Positions 1 to 9,965 of a stretch of 64,000 nt of DNA are shown in pieces; the first letter of the stretch is position 1, and each line of letters begins with the position of its first letter. The position numbers and the translations under genes were made by a program. The notes beneath the pieces were generated by a model. The model worked only from the letters and a program-made list of their open reading frames with translations, ran no database searches and was not told where the DNA came from. The DNA is from Escherichia phage vB_EcoM_UP17, in the sequence record LR746137; one strand, written 5' to 3'.

Positions 1-126
1 CTAGATGCGTCTTATGGAGCACTAAATGATACAGAAATAGCAACTACTGCTAACGCAGTAACAATTTTGCAATTAACGTATCCTGGTGTGGGTGATATCG
101 TGGACATGGTTGTTGTAACACGATAA
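1..126 (+). CDS. 3' end of upstream gene (partial), unknown product
   Basis: Open frame 1 ending TAA 124-126, followed by terminator hairpin and T-run. Confidence 0.3.
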   Translation, partial: LDASYGALNDTEIATTANAVTILQLTYPGVGDIVDMVVVTR

Positions 127-128
127 CA

Positions 129-155
129 GAAGCCCCGAAAGGGGCTTTCTTTTTA
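129..155 (+). terminator. Rho-independent terminator
   Basis: AGCCCC-GAAA-GGGGCT hairpin 131-146 followed by TTCTTTTT. Confidence 0.6.
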
Positions 156-167
156 TGGAGGGTTTAA

Positions 168-2843
168 ATGTTTCCAATTCCAATATTTACTATTATGACC
201 AGCACTGGTGTCGTTCCTCTGCCAGCAGGTATTGTTAAAAAAGTAATCACTTTAGATTACCCAGATAATGCTGGTAATTCTAACAGCAGTTTAGCAATTT
301 TGCTTAATGATGGTAGATTGTTTACTCAAGGCGCAAACCTTTTTGGTGAGATTGCAGATGGAACTCGTAGTGCACGATTCAATAATTTCCACTTAGCTTC
401 TACTGTAGTAGCGGATGTGTTTACCGCAGATCGTTGTTTTGTTATTAAAACTAACAGTGGGGGATGGCAATATTCAGGATTGACAGCAGGATTGGTAGGA
501 TCTATAGCAGCAGGTGGTACGGACGCATGTGTAACTACTTGGACCAGCTTTCCATCTGTAATAACAGGGACTATCTCTTTAGCCAATCTTAAAGAGGTTA
601 AGGGAGGATATAACAACACTCTCTGGTTAATGAATAGTGGTGTTCTTTACGGATCTGGTCAAAACACAGTAGGCAGTTTAGGTGCAAGTACTACTAACGA
701 AGTTTCTACTCCTCGTCAGATAACAAGTGCAGCAGTTGCTTTTGATGCAGGTTACAACCAATGCTCTTATGTCAACAATGTGGGAACCTTGCGTGTTTGT
801 GGAGCTAGTAAAGGTTTAGCAGGTAATAATAACACAACAACAGCTTTTGTCAATGCCAAGATATCCGCTACTGAAACAGTGTATGTCAAAGATTACATCA
901 ATACAGTTTCCCAGACAATAGTTGTAGGAGATACCTCCGGTGGCACGGGTGCAGTAAACTACTTATATGTTAGATCTAATACAGAAACAACCTACACTAA
1001 ACTGGATACCTTTGCAGCAGGTTTCTCAACATGGAAATTTCCACCAAGCCGCCACTCTTTTTTCGTTGGGATCAATAATTCCTTGTGGGCTATTGGTAAG
1101 AACTACACTGCAAACTTAGGTTTGGGGTATGATTCTGCGAGCGGAGATCCACTTCAAGTGGGAAAACCAGTTAAACCTGAAGGAGTGGGTTCCTGGGATA
1201 TAAACAAGCTCACAAGCGTTCATACGCTGAATATGGATGTTACTAACCAATTAGGTTATCAAGGAACCTTTTTCGTTTATAATGGAGATATGTATTATTC
1301 CGGTATTTGGAAAGATGGAAAAGCCTCGTATCTGTTCAATAGTGGTCTAAACTATAATAAATTCACACCAATAGCAAGCTCCGTGATTACGGGTGATATT
1401 CTGGCAACTGGCTTAACTACGGATTCTTTAGGAATTTGTATTGTAGGTGGAACTAAACAGTTGACACATTCTGTTAGCCCAGAAGGAGGTAAACTTTTCA
1501 ATATTAAATATACTTCTTCTGCCCCTGCAAACATGACAATATCGTCTACTGGTTTAATGACTTTCCATGCAGAAGGTGGTTTTGATGCAGGTATGACAGC
1601 CTTAAACGCTGAAGGAACAACTTTATCAGATACCTCTGGAGGATATGCTTCAACATTGAGTGTTTACACCCCTAGCTTATCTGCGATGGATGTAGGAACA
1701 ACACAAACAATGGTAGCAGAAATAACGCCAACAGGAGCAGCAAGCTTACCTGGCATGGTTGTTGAGTATTTCTCTAATGACCCTACGGTAGCAACAGTTG
1801 ACCCCGTTACAGGCGTTATTACAGCGGTTGCTGATGGAGGTTGTCGTATCGGTTGTAGAGCAACTTATCAAGGTGTGGTAACTGCCGAAGATAGTTCTTA
1901 TCTCACAGTGAATGCTGTGGTGATTGTGATGGATTATGATTTGACGCAAGAAACTATTCCGGCGGATGTAAAGGTCAACAGGAGTAACCGTTATGCCAGG
2001 GCTTCTGGAGATATCCTTGTACCTACAGAGAGTTCTGCTCCCGTAGCACCTTTAGAATATGTTGGTACAACTCCACAAGGTAGACGTGTTGTAGCAGCCA
2101 ACCGTACACATATCTTTATCAACAATAACTTGACAACAGCTTCCCCGTGGTTGAAGACGAACTTGACAGTCACAGCATCAACAATCAACTCTCCGGTTGG
2201 AACTACGGCTAACACTTACAAGTTAACACCTTCTACAACTTCAGGACAACATATTTTATCAGCAGTGAATACAGCTTCTGATATTACAGCAGGTAAGCAC
2301 TGGGCGGCATCCGTATTCTTGAAGCCAGATGGGATCACTAAAGTGAAACTCAAATTGACTTCAGGAGATGAGATTAACGAAGGGACTTATGATCTTGTAG
2401 CTGGAACATTTACAGGTGCAGATGCAAACATAATCGATATGGGGAATGGTTGGTATCGTGTAATTCTACACAAAGTGACAGTTGCCAAACAAGCATCTAT
2501 AACCTATGAGATTATAGCTTTGAATGCAAGTGGATCAGACACTTTCGCAGGAGATGGTACGGCAGGTCTTATTGCTTGGGTTCCACAGCTTGAGATGGGG
2601 GATATGACAAATCCAGTTTGGGCGGGGACACCATTTGTTTGTTCTTATGCACGAGACACTACCAGTGCTGTTACCTTCACTATTCCTAAGAATGGACATA
2701 CTGGCGTGGACATTTACCACACTGATGGTACTGTGCAACGAGAGGTCTTCACTGGTACAGCTACAACTTGGATGTTGACGTTCACCGCCGCAAGTGCGGA
2801 TTGGGGATCGAAGTTCATTACAGGTTTGAAATATTACGACTAA
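168..2843 (+). CDS. Tail fibre / receptor-binding protein with Ig-like (Big_2-type) segment
   Basis: 891 aa, Gly/Ser/Thr-rich repeats, Ig-like stretch (VTAEDSSYLTVNAV), SD GGAGGG before ATG; only rightward gene in the left arm. Confidence 0.55.
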   Translation: MFPIPIFTIMTSTGVVPLPAGIVKKVITLDYPDNAGNSNSSLAILLNDGRLFTQGANLFGEIADGTRSARFNNFHLASTVVADVFTADRCFVIKTNSGGWQYSGLTAGLVGSIAAGGTDACVTTWTSFPSVITGTISLANLKEVKGGYNNTLWLMNSGVLYGSGQNTVGSLGASTTNEVSTPRQITSAAVAFDAGYNQCSYVNNVGTLRVCGASKGLAGNNNTTTAFVNAKISATETVYVKDYINTVSQTIVVGDTSGGTGAVNYLYVRSNTETTYTKLDTFAAGFSTWKFPPSRHSFFVGINNSLWAIGKNYTANLGLGYDSASGDPLQVGKPVKPEGVGSWDINKLTSVHTLNMDVTNQLGYQGTFFVYNGDMYYSGIWKDGKASYLFNSGLNYNKFTPIASSVITGDILATGLTTDSLGICIVGGTKQLTHSVSPEGGKLFNIKYTSSAPANMTISSTGLMTFHAEGGFDAGMTALNAEGTTLSDTSGGYASTLSVYTPSLSAMDVGTTQTMVAEITPTGAASLPGMVVEYFSNDPTVATVDPVTGVITAVADGGCRIGCRATYQGVVTAEDSSYLTVNAVVIVMDYDLTQETIPADVKVNRSNRYARASGDILVPTESSAPVAPLEYVGTTPQGRRVVAANRTHIFINNNLTTASPWLKTNLTVTASTINSPVGTTANTYKLTPSTTSGQHILSAVNTASDITAGKHWAASVFLKPDGITKVKLKLTSGDEINEGTYDLVAGTFTGADANIIDMGNGWYRVILHKVTVAKQASITYEIIALNASGSDTFAGDGTAGLIAWVPQLEMGDMTNPVWAGTPFVCSYARDTTSAVTFTIPKNGHTGVDIYHTDGTVQREVFTGTATTWMLTFTAASADWGSKFITGLKYYD

Positions 2844-2850
2844 TAAAAAA

Positions 2851-2879
2851 GGGAACCCGCAAAGGTTCCCTTTTCTTTT
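2851..2879. terminator. Bidirectional terminator between convergent genes
   Basis: GGGAACC-CGCAAA-GGTTCCC hairpin flanked by A-run and T-run. Confidence 0.6.
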
Positions 2880-2906
2880 ATAAAAACTCTTTATAAATCA
2901 ATAAGA

Positions 2907-3794
2907 TTAGAATGGGATATCATCGTCGAAGTCCATTGGAGGTTCTTCTTGATTGCTTGGAGTTGGTTCTGGTTGTGGTTCAGGTTTCTTCTCTTCTTTC
3001 TTCTCTTCTTTCTTAGGTTGTTCTGCGGAACCACGAATGGCAGCAGCAACTTTATCAGACAGAGCCAGAACTTTACGAGCAGAGTCAATCAGATCTTCTA
3101 CAGATACAGTCTTAATGGTATGGTCTTTACAAGCATTGAGAATAGCGTGACCAACAGATGCCCCAAGATCATAATCATTAATATCAACGCCACGAGATTC
3201 AGCAATTTCAGATTTCAGCGTGACAGTTGCAGATTGAACAACCCCAGCGATATCGAAAGCATCGCCTTTAACACCATTACGAATCAGTTCCAGTGCACCA
3301 TTTACTGCGTGACCAGTTTCCAGACCTACAGTATCACGTTTTTTATAGGACTGCTTAGGAGCAGCATCGTTGGAACCTTTATTGCCAGAAGATTTGTTAG
3401 ACTTCTGAACACCATCGGTAGACAATACTGTAATACGAGATTTTTTAGTATTGTAGTAAGTCTTACCGCCTTTATTATCAACGCGATCAATATCAATACT
3501 TACTTCTACACCTTTTTCAATAGTGATCCAATTATCACCTTCTTTGACTTGCAGGTTTTCATAACCTTCTTTCAGTTCAATGTCACCAAGAGAAATCCAA
3601 ACACCTTTCTCATCTGGTTTAGCACCTTTCTCTTTCAGAACAAGAGAAGCTCGGTGAGTTGAAACAATCGTTTTCCCTTCCCAATGAAAAGTTTTAGGTT
3701 CAGCGAATTTATCCAGTTTAACGTAGTCTACGATACCAGTTGCATAAGTTACGGTTTTGCCTTTACGATCAGTTTCAGTATTAATTACGGACAT
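2907..3794 (-). CDS. Single-stranded DNA-binding protein-like
   Basis: 295 aa, Gly/Lys-rich linker, acidic tail ending MDFDDDIPF (identical to bacterial SSB tip). Confidence 0.55.
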   Translation of the reverse strand: MSVINTETDRKGKTVTYATGIVDYVKLDKFAEPKTFHWEGKTIVSTHRASLVLKEKGAKPDEKGVWISLGDIELKEGYENLQVKEGDNWITIEKGVEVSIDIDRVDNKGGKTYYNTKKSRITVLSTDGVQKSNKSSGNKGSNDAAPKQSYKKRDTVGLETGHAVNGALELIRNGVKGDAFDIAGVVQSATVTLKSEIAESRGVDINDYDLGASVGHAILNACKDHTIKTVSVEDLIDSARKVLALSDKVAAAIRGSAEQPKKEEKKEEKKPEPQPEPTPSNQEEPPMDFDDDIPF

Positions 3795-3810
3795 TATTAT
3801 CTCCTCTACA

Positions 3811-4203
3811 TTACATTAATTTTGCACAGAAAGAGCGGAGTCTTTCCATATCATCTTGCTCTAACAGGTATTTACCTTTACCTATTCCAACTCCAATTTC
3901 ACCATTAGGAAAATGAACTATTTGCACTGGGAAACCTCCGAGTTTAATTGTGGCAGCTTTGCCTTCTTCGTCTATAACGTTTCGGATTGTATCTTGCAGT
4001 GAAATGAATTCTTTGTTTGTAACAGTGGTTTCAATTATTTCAGATGTTTCGACACGAGCAGTTAGCTTCTTGTTTCCACCTTGAATAACCAAAATTTGAA
4101 AATAAAAAGAGTTGTCAAGACCTACAACATTTTTCTCAACTAGTGTCAAACTGGTATAGTTTCCATAAACAGTTTCAACAGCTATCTTAGAACGTTCAGT
4201 CAT
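3811..4203 (-). CDS. Hypothetical protein
   Basis: 130 aa ORF in co-directional gene string. Confidence 0.45.
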   Translation of the reverse strand: MTERSKIAVETVYGNYTSLTLVEKNVVGLDNSFYFQILVIQGGNKKLTARVETSEIIETTVTNKEFISLQDTIRNVIDEEGKAATIKLGGFPVQIVHFPNGEIGVGIGKGKYLLEQDDMERLRSFCAKLM

Positions 4204-4248
4204 TGAATGCTATCCTATCATAAAATGTTTAATATTGTCAAGCTTTAA

Positions 4249-4842
4249 TTACCAAGGAATATCATCTTCTTCCAATCTGGTATCTACTTGAGGTGGACGT
4301 GGAACCTTAACCTCTTTCACAAAACGAAGATATGGGAAACGTGTAGCAATTTTAATAACATGTTTGGCATCTTCTCTAACATCTTTGTGCAAGAAGCAGA
4401 TCCCTGTTTCCAAGGTTGTTTCAAAATCTTTAGAATAATAACAGTCCTTCCCATCAAATGCAGCCTGGCAGATGGAAAGATCAAACTCATTTAGAAAGGT
4501 TGTCATTACATTTGGGTCCATGATCATAAGGTTGCAAAGCTGACCGTCACGTTCAAACTCAAAAACGTGTTTAAGACCAGTGCCACCTTCATAACTATCA
4601 GAAGCCTCTTTGTTTCCTAGTTTACGAATATTGGTTCCCATTAAAGCAGATGCAATTAATCCTTGTATTTGTTCTTCAGTCCGATGTGCAGGAAGGGATG
4701 TATAGAAATCCAGATCACGTCCAGCAATATCAAGAATACGCCAATCACGAACAGCACCGCCAGCCAAGACAGAATTAGGATCAGCGATCTTTAATACGGT
4801 AAGAATTTCTTTGGCAATATTGATTTGTTTTGATTTAGTCAT
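4249..4842 (-). CDS. Hypothetical protein with SSB-tip-like acidic C-terminus
   Basis: 197 aa, ends LEEDDIPW. Confidence 0.5.
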   Translation of the reverse strand: MTKSKQINIAKEILTVLKIADPNSVLAGGAVRDWRILDIAGRDLDFYTSLPAHRTEEQIQGLIASALMGTNIRKLGNKEASDSYEGGTGLKHVFEFERDGQLCNLMIMDPNVMTTFLNEFDLSICQAAFDGKDCYYSKDFETTLETGICFLHKDVREDAKHVIKIATRFPYLRFVKEVKVPRPPQVDTRLEEDDIPW

Positions 4843-5053
4843 TGATACGCTCCACAGTTACTTTTACAACATCGTCCATATTAATCTCATCCCCCAAGAC
4901 CTCAATAACACCTTCCTCATAAAGTCGAGCACATTCTTCCCACACTTCAGCTTCCGTCATTCCACCTGCAATCTTATTTGCAAGACCTTTAATAACATCT
5001 TCATTTTGTTCATCAACAAGAATTGAAACATTAAAGCTCACTAATTTACGCAT
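4835..5053 (-). CDS. Hypothetical small acidic protein
   Basis: 72 aa, SD AAGGAG upstream, 8 nt overlap with next gene. Confidence 0.45.
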   Translation of the reverse strand: MRKLVSFNVSILVDEQNEDVIKGLANKIAGGMTEAEVWEECARLYEEGVIEVLGDEINMDDVVKVTVERIND

Positions 5054-5063
5054 TGTTTTCTCC

Positions 5064-5216
5064 TTATACTTCTAAACGGAAAGTTTCTTTAGATACAAAA
5101 TCGTATCCACCTTTTTCAAGCCAGTCATTATAAACCTCATCGGCTTGAGACTCTATCATAAAATACCGAGTGGTAATTTCGTCTCCGACAATACGCACAA
5201 TTTTATAGCAAATCAT
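5064..5216 (-). CDS. Small ORF (50 aa), not in ORF track
   Basis: ATG 5216, TAA 5066-5064, stop overlaps SD of next gene; hand-translated without internal stop. Confidence 0.25.
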   Translation of the reverse strand: MICYKIVRIVGDEITTRYFMIESQADEVYNDWLEKGGYDFVSKETFRLEV

Positions 5217-5230
5217 GATACCATTTCCCA

Positions 5231-5443
5231 TTAATCTTCCTCCAGATCAATTTCATTATAACAATGTATGCAGAAACCATCATTGTGCATATGTTGTTCA
5301 TAAGACATATCTTTACCACAAGACCAACAACGGATATCCCCATCGTCCCATTCACGTTCTTCTTCGCCTTCAAATTCATCTGGTAGGTAAGGCATACCAA
5401 AGTAGTCTAAATCGTAACTCATATCTTCTCCTACCGAGTCCAC
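5231..5443 (-). CDS. Small zinc-ribbon-like acidic protein
   Basis: 70 aa, CxxC...CxxC, acidic termini. Confidence 0.4.
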   Translation of the reverse strand: MDSVGEDMSYDLDYFGMPYLPDEFEGEEEREWDDGDIRCWSCGKDMSYEQHMHNDGFCIHCYNEIDLEED

Positions 5444-6009
5444 TCCTTACGTTGTTCAATATGTTCGAGCATATCGTTATACAATGTTTTAAGATGTGGA
5501 ACAACTCTTTGATCTTCTGTTTCAAAAAACTTTGTAAGCTGTTCTGCTTTAGCTTTCAACCAACAAAGATGTGCTTGGAGTTCCGTATCGAAACGACCGA
5601 GTGTTATGATACGTCCTCCGATTTTAATATGGGCCTTATACTTCTTACGATCCTTCTCATAATTACATCCTACCATTTGACCTGACTTTTTTCTGTAGGC
5701 TAAAAACTTATTAAGATTTCCAGAAATCATTAAGCAAGTATCAGGGGAGTAGACTCCCCCTCCCATAAGATCCTTATCAAGTTCCGAGTTTTCCCAGTCG
5801 TCCCAAGTTTCCAACCAAGAGTAGAAGTTGGAAAACAGCTTCCACTCTTCACAAACCGTCACTCCATGGTAAACGACATCTCTTGCCTGTTGGCAAGATG
5901 AATAACACCTTCCCAACATTGCCATCCATTTCATATAAGCAGGGTGCATAACCCCTTCAGGAGATCTTGCAGTAATGCTCCCATCAAAAACACCGTGACC
6001 ATAAACCAT
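5431..6009 (-). CDS. AP2-domain DNA-binding protein, homing-endonuclease-like
   Basis: YMKWMAMLGRCY...VTVCEEW motif plus AP2-like YKAHIKIGGRIITLGRFDTELQAH; sits next to polymerase gene. Confidence 0.45.
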   Translation of the reverse strand: MVYGHGVFDGSITARSPEGVMHPAYMKWMAMLGRCYSSCQQARDVVYHGVTVCEEWKLFSNFYSWLETWDDWENSELDKDLMGGGVYSPDTCLMISGNLNKFLAYRKKSGQMVGCNYEKDRKKYKAHIKIGGRIITLGRFDTELQAHLCWLKAKAEQLTKFFETEDQRVVPHLKTLYNDMLEHIEQRKEWTR

Positions 6010-6038
6010 AAAAACTCCTTAATAAGTAATAGGTTAGA

Positions 6039-8636
6039 CTAATGGCAACTCGCCCAGGAATTACCCACATCATATCCAGCAGTAAGCTGAACATTAAGAT
6101 TGTAAAATTCTCCAGCCTTAGTAACAGCTAAGGCAGCAAGTTCACCTGCCCGACTATAGGCTGTAAACCATCCACCTTTGGGAGATTCATGAATGTTAGC
6201 CCAAATTTGTCCCGTCTCTTTTTCCTTATTATGCTTCCATTCTTCAACTTTAGCAAGGCATTCTTTATCAATTTTCTTTTGTTCTTCAGGATCGTCTACT
6301 TTCTTCCAACCTAATGATTCAGGTGAAAACCATTTGAATTCTACAAGGTTACGAGAAACTTCAAGCTGGGCTTCATCGTGATATGCAATCATTTGTTGCA
6401 CGAAGTCTTTATTCTTCCAGTCATCTTTAAAGAAGTCAACACTTAGCCCTTCTTCTTCGATCATGTCATCATAAATAACCATTGCACGTTTAGCACAGAT
6501 AACCCCACCACTTTGGAACAGAGAGTTAAGAATCGCGTGAGCAGAACGAGTAGGAACCTTACGACCGTCAATACCCAAAACATATTGTTTACCAGTCTTA
6601 ACCCAAAAATCGTTTAAACGTTCTTTAAGACGCGCCAATGGGAATGCAGCTTCCCAGAAAGCATCGAACACCAATTGACCTGTAAACTTGTCGCTACCAA
6701 TTGTTTTAGCAACCTTGTCGGCTTGTGCACCATAGGTAATACCATACTTAACAGATTTAGCAGGACTACGTTCAAATTTACGTCCAATAGTTTCAGTGAT
6801 ACGTTTTGCCATCATTGTGTGAACATCGTTAGGTTTCTCTAACAACAGAGCGTTACAATATTCGTGTGGCTCCGGCTCGTACCGCCAACAGTAGTGTGAT
6901 TCAATTTTTGCTTCCAAAGAGTCGAAGTCGTAGCCGATCTGGAAGTATTTAGGAACCTCTACACCAAACAAGTTACGCATCTCCCACCCAAACAAAGATG
7001 TGACACGAGGAATATTAGCTACAGATCTATGCTTCATACGAGAGGTTGCAGCATCACATGTAGCGGCTGGGGTAGGAATACGCCCATCCGCCCTTACTGC
7101 GGCTAAGAAACCTTTATCGTATTCTTGATCTTCTTCATCTTCTTCCCAATCAGCACCGCCACCTAAAATAGAGTTCCTACGATGCTTATACGTTAAGTAT
7201 TCTACAATCTGTGTAGCATAAGGGAATTTCTCACCTAAAGCTTGCAGGTTAGGACAGATTTCTTTTTCCTGACCTTTGGTAAAACATGGGTTAGTCAATA
7301 CTTTAAGACCGCGACCTTTACCTTTTGCTATACGCTCTTGAATCTTCCTTTCCAGGGTTTCCGGTGTGCACTCCAGATGATCACAACGATCCTGACAAAA
7401 ATTAGAAGATAGGGTTTGCTCAACGTAAGCTCGAATACCTTTCTGAAGTTCTTCCTCGCTCTTTTTAATCTTGGTGCCAGATTTAAGAGTCAAGTCTTTA
7501 TCTTTATATTCAGACGGTACCCAACCTAATCCTACAAGCCAGTTTTTAATATGGGTTGTATCGTTCAATGTTGCAGGAATGTTAGGATCACATAGAGGCT
7601 CATCTGCTGCAACTGGCAGTTTCCACTCTTTCCCCAACATAACTAACCACCAATCGCCATCCCTCTCTTCCAAATGACCATCATGTTTCTTAGCAAAATT
7701 GATCATATGGTTAGTTGGCTCTAAGTTCTTTTTAATTTGCAACTTAGGTGGAATAAAAGCCTTAAGATAACCTTTTGTTGCTGGTTTAGGTGGCAAAATA
7801 GGCTCAACAAGTAAACGAAGACGCTCCATTTCTGCATCCAAAAAAGCAAGGTTCTCTTCTGCTTGTTTCATGTTAAAAGCAAACCCACGGTGTTCCTGGC
7901 GTGTAATAATGTCTGCTACACGTTGTTCAAGTTCAAATGGACCTTCCCATTTATCATAATCACCCCATTCTTCCATAAGGTAATTATATACGCTCGTATT
8001 GGCTTTGTTGTCATAGATACAGTAATAAAGCATATCCGCAGCAAAAGTCTTAAATCGATCTTCTTCTGGAATCTCTTTACGGAAATCTATTTTTACATCA
8101 CCACCTGCTTTTCGAGAAAGTGCTGCCAAGCTATGTCCTGATTTGCCCTCAATCTTTCGATCTGGGTTTAACACTTTACTCAAAATCAAGGAGTCAATAA
8201 GTTTTACCTTATTTTTGCCCCACGTATTATATTTAACACTGTAATCTAATCCATAAAACAGTTTTGTAGCCAACCAGTCGTAGTTGATACCGTTGTGAGC
8301 CACAGCCATTTCAACCAGATATTCAGGCTTGTCTTTAAAATAACCTTCATGATTAATAAAATCTGGGAAATCTTTTAGTTGAAAATGTGTGTAATCTTGC
8401 GCCACATACTCTTTAAGAACATATGTGTATTTACCATCTGACTCTTCATAAGGACGCCCATCAAAGATGTATTTAGGGCCATCGTGGAAAGCTACTATTT
8501 CTCCTGTTTCATGGTTCTCTAAGACAATACAGTGCATTTGAAATGTGTCTTTGAGACGATAAGGACTAGCTAAATAATCAATAGTGTCATTATTCAACAA
8601 TCCGTTTGCTTCAATATCCCATGTAAACTTACTCAC
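6039..8636 (-). CDS. DNA polymerase, family A, with 3'-5' exonuclease domain
   Basis: 865 aa, Exo I-like WDIEANGL, motif B-like KYGITYGAQ, motif C-like YHDEAQLEV. Confidence 0.85.
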   Translation of the reverse strand: MSKFTWDIEANGLLNNDTIDYLASPYRLKDTFQMHCIVLENHETGEIVAFHDGPKYIFDGRPYEESDGKYTYVLKEYVAQDYTHFQLKDFPDFINHEGYFKDKPEYLVEMAVAHNGINYDWLATKLFYGLDYSVKYNTWGKNKVKLIDSLILSKVLNPDRKIEGKSGHSLAALSRKAGGDVKIDFRKEIPEEDRFKTFAADMLYYCIYDNKANTSVYNYLMEEWGDYDKWEGPFELEQRVADIITRQEHRGFAFNMKQAEENLAFLDAEMERLRLLVEPILPPKPATKGYLKAFIPPKLQIKKNLEPTNHMINFAKKHDGHLEERDGDWWLVMLGKEWKLPVAADEPLCDPNIPATLNDTTHIKNWLVGLGWVPSEYKDKDLTLKSGTKIKKSEEELQKGIRAYVEQTLSSNFCQDRCDHLECTPETLERKIQERIAKGKGRGLKVLTNPCFTKGQEKEICPNLQALGEKFPYATQIVEYLTYKHRRNSILGGGADWEEDEEDQEYDKGFLAAVRADGRIPTPAATCDAATSRMKHRSVANIPRVTSLFGWEMRNLFGVEVPKYFQIGYDFDSLEAKIESHYCWRYEPEPHEYCNALLLEKPNDVHTMMAKRITETIGRKFERSPAKSVKYGITYGAQADKVAKTIGSDKFTGQLVFDAFWEAAFPLARLKERLNDFWVKTGKQYVLGIDGRKVPTRSAHAILNSLFQSGGVICAKRAMVIYDDMIEEEGLSVDFFKDDWKNKDFVQQMIAYHDEAQLEVSRNLVEFKWFSPESLGWKKVDDPEEQKKIDKECLAKVEEWKHNKEKETGQIWANIHESPKGGWFTAYSRAGELAALAVTKAGEFYNLNVQLTAGYDVGNSWASCH

Positions 8637-9430
8637 TATTCCTCCTTTCTAATGTTCTCCAGAACCCACTGAAGTTCTTTTAAACTTAAACTTCTTACTC
8701 CCGCAGTTTTACTAGCTTCAGCTTTAAGTAACGGGTAAGCCTCAATGATACGCGTTTTAAGATCAGAAGTCAAGGCTTTTAAAAAATAGGTAGATGCTTC
8801 AGATAAAGAATCTTCTTCTGATAACACTTTACCTGCACTTGCCCCCGCTCTCCTAACGGCTATATCGTAGTCTTTACTGTTACCTAATACGAATAGTCGA
8901 TTCTCTCCTAAAACAACGGGAGAACGCTTCTCGTTGCGTTTAATCCATATCTGGAATACACAAGGAACATCCCAAGGTTCTCCATGAAGAATAAAAGACC
9001 CTTTTGGACATTCTTCTTCGTAAAGAAGATGCATATGGGGATTTAGTTTGTGTGCAAAAAAGATTTTTTGAAATGTGCGAGGCAAGATAAAACAAATACC
9101 ACCTTCGTTATCCAGCATTTCAGCACAATGGTTAAAGAACTTAATGGCAAGACTAGCATTTTTTCCAAATGGAGGATTACCGACAAAAGCAGTTACACTA
9201 CCAACAGACTCAACAGATTGAGCTAAAAAATCTGCCTCAATACAATCTTCAAACTTAGGGTCAATATCAAAAGAAGTTATGTTTTTAAAACAAGAAGAGA
9301 AAGCTCCTTCTCCCGCAGATGGTTCTACGTAGTTAGCTTCCTCTCCAAAAATTTCTTTGATCTTATCACATAAGAACCCCGCATAAGCGGGGTTAGTGTA
9401 ATATTGATCAAGTGTGTTCAACTTGCTCAA
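8636..9430 (-). CDS. DNA N6-adenine methyltransferase (M.TaqI-like)
   Basis: SAM motif EPSAGEGAF, catalytic NPPF (VGNPPFGKN). Confidence 0.65.
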   Translation of the reverse strand: MSKLNTLDQYYTNPAYAGFLCDKIKEIFGEEANYVEPSAGEGAFSSCFKNITSFDIDPKFEDCIEADFLAQSVESVGSVTAFVGNPPFGKNASLAIKFFNHCAEMLDNEGGICFILPRTFQKIFFAHKLNPHMHLLYEEECPKGSFILHGEPWDVPCVFQIWIKRNEKRSPVVLGENRLFVLGNSKDYDIAVRRAGASAGKVLSEEDSLSEASTYFLKALTSDLKTRIIEAYPLLKAEASKTAGVRSLSLKELQWVLENIRKEE

Positions 9431-9439
9431 TAGTCCTCC

Positions 9440-9871
9440 TTAGTTGTTAGCGAACTCAATAGTGAGGTCAACTTTACCATCGTCAGAAATAACCATGTTT
9501 TTGGTATTTTTAAAGATGATATCTACTTTACCTTCACTTACACGACAGAATGCAACACCATCTGCAACTTTATCAATATAATATTTGTAAGAAAGAATAC
9601 CCACTTTACTACGACCAGCACCTTTTGTGAAAGAAGGGCTTACATCGAAACGGAAACCTTTAGAAGAAACAACACGGTAAGAACGTCCAGTTGGAAGATG
9701 TTCAATAACAGAGACATTGTTCTCAACAACTTTTACAGCAAACTCTTCAGGATGATCCTCAACAATCATATGTGGGATGGCAAATGCCAACGCTTGTTTG
9801 TGTTTAATAACACCAGCACCCAGAGCACCAGCAGCTTTAACTTTTGCATTCAGATTGATTGTCATACGCAT
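9440..9871 (-). CDS. Hypothetical protein
   Basis: 143 aa, SD GAGGAG, own promoter upstream. Confidence 0.5.
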   Translation of the reverse strand: MRMTINLNAKVKAAGALGAGVIKHKQALAFAIPHMIVEDHPEEFAVKVVENNVSVIEHLPTGRSYRVVSSKGFRFDVSPSFTKGAGRSKVGILSYKYYIDKVADGVAFCRVSEGKVDIIFKNTKNMVISDDGKVDLTIEFANN

Positions 9872-9904
9872 TTTTACTTCTCCTCTTGTTTGGTTGATGA
9901 GACA

Positions 9905-9933
9905 AGTATAAGTCCCTTCCGTAAAGTTGTCAA
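9905..9933 (-). promoter_or_regulatory. Sigma70-like promoter
   Basis: Minus strand TTGACA (9933-9928), 17 nt spacer, TATACT (9910-9905). Confidence 0.5.
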
Positions 9934-9949
9934 CAGGTATTTTTAATAA

Positions 9950-9965
9950 AAGGGCCGAAGCCCTT
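9950..9965 (-). terminator. Stem-loop at 3' end of primase-helicase gene, possible weak terminator
   Basis: AAGGGC-CGAA-GCCCTT overlapping stop codon, short T-stretch. Confidence 0.3.

Noticed and set aside
2949-3662. Long plus-strand ORFs antisense to minus-strand genes (2949-3662, 14090-14617, 16630-17184, 37669-38175 and similar)
   Set aside because: Low-complexity, hydrophobic or repeat-like translations fully overlapped by opposite-strand ORFs with recognisable motifs and SD sequences; judged shadow ORFs.
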